A program made the position numbers and the translations under genes. Below the pieces are notes generated by a model. It was not told the DNA's origin and did no database searches. It saw only the letters and a list, made by a program, of their open reading frames with translations. Shown piece after piece: positions 52,521 to 64,000 of a stretch of DNA of 64,000 bases. Location of the stretch: the NCBI RefSeq assembly GCF_963921235.1, contig NC_086097.1:69378001-69442000 (forward strand), in the 5' to 3' direction. This DNA comes from Mobula hypostoma (Eukaryota). The stretch's first letter is position 1, and each line of letters starts with the position of its first letter.

Positions 52521-53656
52521 TTTGATTCCATGCAGTGCTAGTTCCTATGAAAATTCTAAAGAATGTATTCAAAATGGTAGTAAAATGCTGAAGTGGAGAT
52601 GTGAAGGGCTTTAGAAATGTTGTATTCAATTACGTTTTCCTACCATTTCAATATATGATTTAAATCGAAGCTGAAATGAAAAGGTAATGAAATTATGTGC
52701 TGTACCATCAGTGATTTCACAGAGCTTCCTTTTCTCAACATAAGAAACAACAGTTCACATATGATGTTTTGAATACCTTTCCACTTTTATGATATTTTAA
52801 TTCGATCTCTCATAGGAGTGTTTTTAATCAGAAAGTGTTTAAAGGATTGGCATAGATCTTCTAGAAGTTTTCTGCACTCTTTCATGTGATGCTGGCAGTA
52901 TTGGGCATATTAGTATTTATTCTTCATCCTTGATGGGTTGTTCAGTCAGTGGAGGACAATCAAATGTAAATATCATTGCAGAGAGTCTGGAAGGACAGAC
53001 TAACCAGCATCCGCAAGATCAGCAGGTTTCCTGTCAGACCAAAGATCAGTGAATCAAATCAGAATTGATGATGATCTAGTAGCTTTATGGTTGACATAAG
53101 GGGGTCCTCACTTTATTGAGGAGTTTATTAATTGATTTCAAATTCTGTAGTGACATACTTCAAGATGATCTTCCAGGCTTCTGGATTATTAAATAGCTTG
53201 TCTGTTTTGTGGAAGGCAATGTGCTTTCTTTGGATAAATGCTTGCAGTTGAAGCTTTTGGCTTCAGTTGGCTGTTCATGAATAGTTGCTATTTTCGTTTA
53301 CTCCCACGCACCAAGGCACCACAGTGTTTCTGATGGTGTTGCAGTTGAAGAAGTGCATTATCTTTCTAAGAATCGAACAGTTAATTGAGATGGTCTAAGG
53401 TCAGAATTTGAGCACATTGGAGCTGTTGTGATTTGCAAAAAGAAACAATTATATTTGAGTCTCTAATCATATAGTTGGGAAATAATATTCTAGATACTTT
53501 GCGGGCACTGAAAACTCTGGATTCTCATTGGATTCTGGCTCCGTCGTTAGATGGTCATTGCTATTTGCCAATTCTTTTGTAAATGCAGAACTGCAGTTTG
53601 GCTTGGTTGTGCAACAATGTTGCATTCGAAGAAATTAATTTGGAGTAACACGCTAA

Positions 53657-53950
<294 letters not shown>

Positions 53951-55079
53951 TAAGTAATTTTTTTTTTGTGTAGATAGCATGAAGATTATGGTGATTTCAC
54001 AGTTGTGAGTAACATTGTAATAACACAATTTAAATAGCAATGACTGAAATGGAAAAACCACTAATTAAGTGAATTGGTGAATGTACTATATTCTGGTGAC
54101 AGGATACTGAACCTGAGACTGTTTTCGATATATTTTCCCCTGAAATTTCACATCCTTTATCCAGATGTTTTAATGCATACGAGAAGAGATCCTTTGCTCA
54201 GACGTTCTCTCTGGTGTAAACATATGCTTTTGTGATGGTGGGAAGTCTTGGTTACAGGTAAACTCCCTACATTTTGATTGCAAAGCAGGTGTGTGTATCC
54301 ACAAAAGTAGATTCTTTCCAAGTTTCCTGGTCTGTTCCATCTGTCAGCTCGACTTTACCCAGTACGGTAAAACCTTGTTCTACTGTTGCAATTTTCAGCC
54401 ATCTTGTTGGTTAAGTGTTTTGGCTCACAAAGTACTGGTGGTTGCAATCTTCACCATCTTACACCATCAAAGTTCCAAAATGGTGGATTGACAAAGTTTA
54501 CTGTACCATGCACCCTTGGCTAATGCAAACCTCCCAATTCTAAGTAAAGCACATTTCCAGTAGCAAACTTAGTGATCCATAAGAGGTAGCCACTTGGCCA
54601 TTAAGTTGGCCTGAAAGTAACCATCATTGGCCATTGTAAAACCTGGAAAGTGGACTTCAGTGGTTATGGAGATGACGTGTATTGCACAGCGAAGTTTTTG
54701 ACCTCAGGCCTGAATTCATCAATGTTTGGATCTGAACAGAAGCATTCTGAGCTGCATGCTATTGATAAGTGGTAGGTAACCATTCCCAGCACATGTGAGA
54801 TGCATATACTTCTCTCTTGAATTTAAATTTTTCTTATGGTTTACATATATTAAATTGACATCTGACGTACCACCTCAGAGGTGAGGCCAAAAACTCCAGT
54901 TAGATATCTGACTGGCTGAAAAGGAAATGAAACATTTTAAATATTTGGGTATTGTAAGTTTTGCATGAATTTGTAAAGGAAGTATTTGTGGATTTTCTGT
55001 GAATGGCTTGGAGTATTGCCCGTATAATTTCCCATTTTCTCGGCCATTAAGGACTATAGTCATGCTTGCTGTCTTTTGA

Positions 55080-55420
55080 TTGAGTTACATAGCACAGAAA
55101 TTGGTGCTTTGGCCAAAATTGTCCATTCCAAACATTGCACATACCTGAGCTTGTCCTGATTTCCTGCATTTGGTCCATATCCCTGTAAACCAGTCCTATC
55201 CATGAACTTGTCCAAATCCCTTTTGAATGTTGTTAATGTATCCACCTCTCCAGCTTCCTCTGGCAGCTAATTCCCTCTGTTGGAAAAACCTGTCCCTCAA
55301 GTCTCCTTAAAATCTTCTCCTCTCACTTTAAACCTGTGCCTCTCATTTTAGACAGCCCTGTACTGGGAAAAGATGGTAACCATCCACCTTATCAAAACTC
55401 CTCATGAGTTTTTATAAATT
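55080..55420 (-). mobile_element. CR1 3' end
   Basis: TLTTFKRDLDKFMDRTGLQGYGPNAG. Confidence 0.75.
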
Positions 55421-55829
55421 TCTAAAAGATTTAATTAAAAAAATTCAGAGGGAGGCTCACTTGAAAATTATAATAGGAGATGATGAAATGTCTGCAGATC
55501 CTGAAAATCTAAAATAATATATAAATCACTGAAAATATGTAGTTGTTTGGACAATGTTTGCACAAATACCAACAGAGTCAACATTGCAGGTCAATATTCA
55601 CTCATCAGTTTGGATGCAAGATGGAGAAGTTGAAACGGTAAATCTGTTTTTAAATTCTCTATGGCTGGCTGACATGCTGAATTTTTCTAGAACTTTCAGT
55701 TTCATTTATGATGTTGAGGTTGTTAGGAGAAAGTAGTAAGGAAGAGTTGGAACAGTGAGGAGTTGGGTGGGGAAGTTTGGTCAGTGCTACTTTCCTCCAA
55801 GGCAGGAAAGTACCACTGACTAAACTTGA

Positions 55830-56192
55830 CAGGAAAGAACAAGTGGAATCACAAAGAAGGCACACGTGCCTGTATTTCATTATGTACATGTGGAGATTTG
55901 GGATGTCACTAAAGACCTTTGCAAATTTCTATAGATGTTCAGTGGAGAGCATCCTCACTAGTTGCATCATAGCCTGGTATGGAGCCTCCAGTACACAGGA
56001 TCTCACGAAGTTGTGGAGGGTTATAAACTCCATCATGGATGTACCTCTACCATCAGATTTCTGATCAATCCATAAACACTACCTTACTATTTTTGCACTT
56101 TAAAAAAATTATATATAGTAATTTTGTCTTTGCATTGTACTGCTGCAAAACAACAAATTTCATGTATATTGTCAGTGATAAATCTGATTCTG
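55830..56192 (+). mobile_element. Rex1/Babar-type LINE 3' fragment
   Basis: RFGMSLKTFANFYRCSVESILTSCIIAWYG; tail tctgattctg. Confidence 0.75.
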
Positions 56193-56464
56193 CAGTGAAG
56201 ACTTTGGTATTTAAAACTAAACATTGCGAGACAGCAGTATTTTTGTGTAATGCATAATCAAAGTGAAACTTAAGTAAAACATAGCCGAGAAAGAGGGTAG
56301 ATTTCCAGCTTATTTATTGAAATAGGGGTACTCTGCATATATGCTGAATATGAAAAAATGGTTCTTGCTAATATCTGTATTTCAGACCCTATGTTATGGC
56401 TTTGTATCAGACATTTTCATGCACAGTTCCATTTGGTAGGTCAATTGAATAATTTCATTGAGTA

Positions 56465-56830
56465 GTCATAGAAAAAGGCCTTCAGCCCAAGCTGTCCATA
56501 CTCACCAAGAAGCTCATCTGCTCCAGTCACATTTGCCTGTGTTTTGCCTATATCCCTCTAAACTTACTTTTCTATGTAGCTCTCCAAGTATTACTTAAAT
56601 GTTGTTATTGTACTTGACTCAGCTATTTGTTCAGTCAGTTTGTTCCATGTTGGCATCATTCTCCATGTGAAGAAATTGCACCTTGGATCCCTTTGAAATC
56701 CTTCTCCTTTCACCGTAAACCTGTGCCCTAGGTTTGGACTTCCGTACTCTTGGGCAGAAGACTGCATGCATTCACCTTATTTTTGCCTCTATAATGTCAC
56801 CATCGATCTCCTGCACTCTAAGGAATAAAG
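56465..56830 (-). mobile_element. CR1 3' end
   Basis: Similar to 55080-55420; continues at 58850-59650. Confidence 0.65.
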
Positions 56831-56912
56831 GAAATTAATTTATTATCATCATGTGTACTGAGGTATAGTGAATAACTTTGATTTGTATGCTATCCATACT
56901 GATTATTTCATC

Positions 56913-57102
56913 AACACAGACAAAATGCTGGAGGAACTTAGCAGGCCAGGCAGCATCTATGGAAAAGAGTACAGTCAACTGTCCTGCCGAAGGTTTCGGC
57001 CTGAAACGTCAACTGTACTCTTTTCCTAGATGCTGTCCGGCCTACTGGATGTCTCCAGCATTTTGAGTGTGTTGCTTGGATGTCCAGCGTCTGCAGATTT
57101 TT
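56913..57102 (+). mobile_element. Fold-back Penelope terminal-repeat mini-element with a hammerhead motif in the loop
   Basis: ~60-bp inverted arms (56913-56975 / 57012-57073) around GTC-CTGcCGA-AGG-tttcgg-CCT-GAAA-C-GTC. Confidence 0.8.
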
Positions 57103-57119
57103 ATCACATTAATACATTA

Positions 57120-58749
57120 GAAGTGTGCTGAGCAGTTGTGTGGAGTTCTCCAGTGTGGAGTTTTCAATCTGAGTCTTAGCCTGAAAAGGACCCCAGTTGT
57201 GTGGAAAACATCATGTGTGGTCCCAGTACTCAAGAAGGGCTGACCAAAAGTCTTGAATGACGACCTTCCAGTGGCCCTAGCTCACACATCATGGAGACCC
57301 TAGAGAGGCTGGTCCTGGCTCACCTCCGGCCCTTGGTCAGATCAGCCCTTGATCCCCTGCAGTTTGCCTACCAGGAGCACATTGGAGTTGATGATGCTGT
57401 CACCTACCTGCTGAACAGAGCCTACTCCCATTTGGATAAGCAGGGCAACACTGTGAGGATCATGTTCTTTCAATACCATACAGCCCTCATTGCTGGGGGA
57501 AAAGCTCTGTTCAATGGAGGATGGCACTTCCGTTGTGTCCTGGATAATGGACTACCTGACTGGCAGAACACAGTTTGTGCGGCTTCAGAGCTGTGTGTCA
57601 AGCATGGCAATAAGCAGCACTGGAGCCCCACAGTGGACTGTATTGGCTCCCTTACTGTTTAACCTGTATACCTCAGGCTTTAGATATAACACTGAGTCAT
57701 GTCATCTGCAGCAATTCTCTGCTGACTCAGTAATAGTTGGATGTATAAAAGGAGGATGGGAGGATGAATACAGAGCCCTAGAGGAGGACTTTGTCAAATG
57801 GTGCAAGCTGAATCATCTGCAGCTTAACATCAGTAAGACAAAGAAGATGGTGATGGACTTCCGGAACACCAAGCCTGTACTGCTCCCTGTTACTATTGGT
57901 GGTGAAGATGTAGATGTGGTGAGGACCTGCAAGTACCTGGGCTGTGCACCTGGATGACAGACTTGAGTAGAGCACCGACACAGAGGCTGTGTACCAGAAG
58001 GGCCAGAGTTGTCTCTGCTTCCTGAAGACACTGAGGTCCTTTGTAGTATGCAGGCCTCTCCTTCATATATTCTACCTGTCTGTTGTCGCCAGTACGATCT
58101 TCTGTGTGGCGGTGTGCTGGGGCAATGGCATCAACACAGGTGATGCCTACCTCCTCAACAAACTAATTAGAAAAGCTGGCTCTGTTATAGGAGTCAAACT
58201 GGACATATTGGAAGCTGTGGTCGAACAAAGGACTGTTCGGAAAATCCTGACAATTCTGGACAATGTTTCTCACCCTCTGTATGCCACCTTGGCTGAACAG
58301 AGGAGCACTTTCAGTAATAGGCTAAGGCAACTGTGCTGCTCCAAAGAGCACTGTATGAAGTCATCCTGACTCTCAGCTGTAGGCTCTATAATGAATCAAT
58401 AGCCTGGGAAGTGATGACCTGCCTCCTGTTAGACTTTTATTAATCTCTGTTTACCAGAGCTCTGTTTAAGCTCTGTTCACCACACCCTGCTATCACAGAC
58501 ACCCTGTGCAATACTATCATCACTTCCTATCTGGACCTGTGTGAATGTGCACTATTACTGTATAATATTACGGTAATTCTTGCACTGCCATGTTATCAGT
58601 GTGAACTTGTAAATCTTGGACTTGTAATTCTTGTACATCTTACTTCTAAGGTAACATTTTTTATTCTTATTTCTAATATCTGTATGTCCGTGCACTTGTA
58701 ATGCAATTGTGACACTGTAATTTCCTTTTTGGGATCAATAAAGTATATG

Positions 58750-58781
<32 letters not shown>
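57120..58781 (+). mobile_element. Rex1-type LINE, 5' truncated, with (TATC)n tail
   Basis: [77 protein letters not shown]; gggatcaataaag then (tatc)n at 58749-58782. Confidence 0.9.
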
Positions 58782-58849
58782 AAGGTATTACAAATCAAAA
58801 GGAATAACAATACAGAATTAAATGTTACAGAATACAGTCTTTGCTAGCC

Positions 58850-59660
58850 AAACATCTATAACTCAGGCCCTCGAGTCCTAGCAGCATTCTTGTTGAGCTT
58901 CCTTGCACTCATTCCCATTTCATGATATCTTTCCTACAACAGGGTAACCAAAACTGCACACAATTCTCCAGGTACAGCCTCACCAACATCTTGTACAACT
59001 GCAACATAATGTTCCAGCTCCTATAGTCATTGCCCTGGCTGATAAAGGGCAGCAAGCTAAATGCCTTTTTCATTACATTGTCTACCTGTGATGCCACTTC
59101 TCGTGCTCTAAATTGGTAAATTGTTTTATTATTGTCTCATGTACCAAGGAACAGTGAAAAACTTGACTTGTACTGAAGGGATCTGTAGCTCCATACAACA
59201 GTGTATTGAGGTAGTACAAGGTAAAACAATAACGGAGTACAAAATTAAGTGCTGAAATAGAGAGATTGTCATACAAGTAGACAATAAGGTGCAAGGTCAC
59301 AGATGAAGTAGATTGTGTGGTCAAGGATACTATCTTCTTATATTTCAAGGTCCCTCTGTTCTACAACATTCCACAGGGCCTGACTATTGACAGTGAGAAT
59401 CGTGGTTTGACCTTCCAAAATGCAACACCTTACAATTAATTGAATTGAATGTTATCTCACATTCCTCAGTCCATTTAAATTGCTGATGAAGATCCTCCTG
59501 TAATTTTTGAAAAGCTTCATTATCAACAATGCTAAATTTATTATATCAGCAAACTCACTAACCATACTTTGTACATTCTCATCCAAATCCTTTACATGTA
59601 TAAATGCTGAACAGCAGAAGTCCCAGCACTGAAACTGGTGGTGCACCATTAATCACATGC
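58850..59660 (-). mobile_element. CR1 RT fragment with a nested insertion at ~59110-59340
   Basis: MLQLYKMLVRLYLENCVQFWLP; DLDENVQSMVSEFAD. Confidence 0.75.
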
Positions 59661-59837
59661 CTGCGGTACTTGAGCTTCTGCATAATATTCAATCATCTAT
59701 TGTGGCATTGCATGTAATGATGTCAGTTACTCATCGACTTTCCCTTCTCCTAAGGTGTTTTGCTGATTCAGATTGTCCAAGTAATTTACCTTTTGAATCT
59801 TCCTATTTTGTAGAAATATTATTTGTTGAAAGATTAA

Positions 59838-60119
<282 letters not shown>

Positions 60120-60319
60120 TAATTTTGCATTTGGGAAATTTTACTTCTTTTGATGAATTGACAATCCTTGATGTATAATTTTGACTTTCTAATATTGACT
60201 AATTTGCTCAGAGTTCCAAGAATGCTGAGTCTCCATTAAGTTGAGGAAGCTTACTGTTTTTGTTAGCTTTGACACTGTATGATCTTTAACATCTGGCTCT
60301 GGCATGATTTGTGATCTAG

Positions 60320-60544
<225 letters not shown>

Positions 60545-60681
60545 TAAAACTGTGGAGGTTTGTTCAAGAGATTTCTTCACACAATCTATTTCTCTATTTT
60601 AAAAAGTTGGTTGTATATCTCTGTTTTTTATCCAAGATGTATGAAATCCAGGAATTAACCAGTAAGGGAAGCCTGAGGAAA

Positions 60682-61240
60682 TTCAGAGTACATTTATTAT
60701 CAAAGTATGTATACTAAAACAGCCTTGAGGTTCGTCTCCTTGCAGCCACAAAACAAAGAAACCCAAAACAACCCACTTTAAAAAAAAAATTGTCAAACAC
60801 CCAATGTACAAAGAGGGAAAAAAACAAATCATGCAAACAATATAAGTAAGCAAATAGCATTTAGAACAAAAGTGAGTCCATAAACATGGAGCCCAGAGCA
60901 GCTGGAGCAGACCACAGCCTAGCCACAGTTCAGCATAGAGCTGAGTAAATGTTGCAGAGTAACATGCACAACTGGCCCAACCCTCGCCTCTTGTCCTGAC
61001 ATCATACCTTTCCAATCAATCTGGTCCAACATTTAAATTATCCAAACATTGGGTCATTCCTCACAGTAGGACCCAAGCCCTGTCGCATCGATACACCCTG
61101 AGCCTGGACGCAGTTGCAATGCTCCAGCCTGTACTCAACCTTTCCAAATCAGCCTGGCACTTAGATCGATCAAACCTTGCTCTCACTTTAAGTGGACATT
61201 CCTCGAATCTGCCTCTCCTCCTCTTGCCCTGACTTTGCCT
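60682..61240 (-). mobile_element. Non-autonomous element with a Rex1-like 3' tail
   Basis: - strand end gaacctcaaggctg..catactttgataataaatgtactctgaa resembles the tail at 61920-61980. Confidence 0.55.
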
Positions 61241-61980
61241 GAAATCCTTTGGTGTTATCATTTCAGAGGACCTGTTCTGGGCCCAGCACTTAAGTTCAAT
61301 TATGAAGAAAGCACGGAAGTGCCTCTACTTCCTCAGAAGTTGGAAAAGGCTGGGCATGATGTATGGTGGAGAGTATATTGACTGGCTGCATCAGAGCCTG
61401 GTATGGAAACACCAATGCCCTTAAATGGAAAATCCTACAAAAAGTAGTGGATACAGCCCAGTCCGACACGGGTAAAGCTGTCCCCACCATTAAGCTGATA
61501 TACAGGGAGCATTATTGCAGGCAAACAGCGTCTATCGTCAGAAACCCCCACCACCCAGGACATGCTCTCTTTTTACTGTTGCCATCAGCAAGAAGGTACA
61601 GGAGCCTCAGGACTCACCACCAGGTTCAGGAACAGTTATTCCTGCTAAATCATCAGGTTCTTGAACCGAAGGGGATAGCTTCACTCAACCTCACTTTTCT
61701 CATCACTAAACTGTTCACACAACCTATGGACTCAATTTCAGGGAATCTTCATCTCATTGTTCTTGTTATTTATTGCTCACCGGTTTGTTTATCTGCTTAT
61801 TTCCTTTTTTTCTTCTGCATTTGCACATTTTGTTGTCTTTTGCACACTGGTTGTCTGCTGTGTTGGTGCAGTTCCATTATAGTTACTGGATTTTCTGAGT
61901 ATGTCTACAAGAAAATGAAACTCAGGGTTTTATATGGTGGCACATATGTACTTCGGTAATAAATTTACTTTGAACTTTGA
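61241..61980 (+). mobile_element. Rex1/Babar-type LINE 3' fragment
   Basis: VESILTGCIRAWYGN..LQKVVDTAQ..RNPHHPGHALFLLLPSARRYRSLRT; tail actttgaactttga. Confidence 0.85.
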
Positions 61981-62601
61981 AATTAGTCAACCTAACTGAG
62001 TATGGAGTCAGGCAATGCCTAGAGCTGACACTTTGCAGTTGTGCTTTGCCTTGTCTCTCCATTTATCCTCGGCCCAACATGATCAATGTAATTATGAAGC
62101 TAGCAAATTTCCACAGTTATACTGTGGATATTTTAGTGAGCTAGATGCTTTTTGTTGATTTGGCAGTTTTGTGGTTTCCACTGTCAGTCCATGCTTCTCA
62201 CAAACTGGTGTATTTGATTATTTTTCTTTACCCCTTAGTGCCCTACCATTTATTGTACAAGTCCCACGCTTGATTGACTTTCCAAAATCCATTACTTCAC
62301 ACTTATCTGTATTGAATTCTGTCTCTTTATTGCTTTGTTCCAATTCTTCATGAAAATTTTTGCTTGAGTTGCTGATTTTCTGAGCAACACCATTTCAACT
62401 GAACTTGTATGATGATTGCTTCATTTCTAAAAGGTAGTTCTTGATCAGCAATTCATTTCTAAATTCGTACAGAATGCTAATTATTTGGTTTGAAGTGTAA
62501 ACATTGAGCTCTTTATCAAAAGAATTTGCTGGTAGCATATGTTTGTTCCAGATATTTTTTACATGTTCTCATCGACGTTTACCGTAATTGTTCCAATAGA
62601 T

Positions 62602-63169
<568 letters not shown>

Positions 63170-63559
63170 TGATTCTGAATTACCATTCTTAACACCAAAC
63201 TAACAACTAAAATCAGCTTTATTTCTAGTTTGATATATCTGATAAAATTGATGATTCTTGAACTTGTACTAACAGTGATTTTGGTAAAGATGGGAACATG
63301 TTTTTCTAAACTTTGAAAAGAACAGCTAAAGAACTTTATAATGTTAGTGAATCAATTTGTTCAGCTTGCCACATATTGTGCATCTCTTCTATACAAGATG
63401 TGATTTTTTTAAAAAAAGAGACATTTAACATGGTAATGTGTGAAGCTTTGTAGTTGGTAGACATATTAATCTCTACTAATCTGTGTGGCTATTTTTTTAC
63501 ATGATGCAATCTGGATTCTGTAATGTGCTGGATATTCCAGCACAGTGACATATTCCAGC

Positions 63560-63830
63560 AACTTTGGTTCAGTACTGACCTTGAGTACAGTTTGCTTGGT
63601 GTTTACACCTTCTTCCTGTAATTGTAGTTGGTTTCCTCTAGGAAGTCCTGTTTCCTCCTGCATCCAAAAGACTTCAAAAATAATTGGTTAGTTGTTAGCT
63701 ATAGATTACCCAAGCCTATATGTGGATGGTAGGTTTGGTGGGAATGTGGGGAGAAATTAATGGAGATATGTGGTTGTTTTGTGAGCTGGCATAGATTTTA
63801 TGGGCTGACTTGCATTCTATATTGCAGAGA
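63560..63830 (+). mobile_element. Decayed V-domain SINE
   Basis: ttggtttcctctaggaagtcctgtttcctcctgcatccaaaagac V-core remnant. Confidence 0.55.
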
Positions 63831-64000
63831 AATAAGAAAATATGTTTTGAGCCACCTCAAGACTTTTTGTCAGGGTAATTGTAGCTTTCCATCTTCCACC
63901 TGTGCTAAATTTAACTATTTCAATATTGTCCTGGCTGATAACCTTCAACGCATCTAGATCTTGTTTTTGTTCTATCCACTGCAAAGTCCCACTCACTATT

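Overview
Repeat-rich vertebrate genomic DNA, most consistent with a cartilaginous fish (ray or shark): it holds CR1, Rex1/Babar, RTE and Penelope retroelements, V-domain SINEs, and Tigger/Tc1 DNA transposons. Host genes on the + strand are: (1) a two-exon Myb/SANT-like (trihelix, MSANTD/Harbinger-ORF1-type) DNA-binding protein gene, 1982-2510 + 9001-9347, 291 aa; (2) complete DTD2, 3 exons, 24491/24515-26344; (3) the 5' part of HEATR5A, with a probable non-coding exon 1 in a CpG island near 37.9-38.2 kb and five coding exons from 49778 to 63110, continuing beyond the window. A divergent minus-strand gene appears to start in the first CpG island. Its two small exons would encode a mitochondrial-presequence-like peptide, and it is probably NUBPL by synteny only. 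The most notable observations are the SANT gene occupying the NUBPL-DTD2 interval (where human has GPR33), two families of Penelope-derived insertions with minimal hammerhead-ribozyme motifs and a shared fold-back-plus-tail structure, a Tigger fragment resembling mammalian Tigger4/Zombi, and an RTE insertion directly beside a HEATR5A branch point. Identifications come from recognising motifs by eye and from recalled reference proteins; no searches were run and repeat boundaries are approximate. There is one assembly gap, at 14896-15043.
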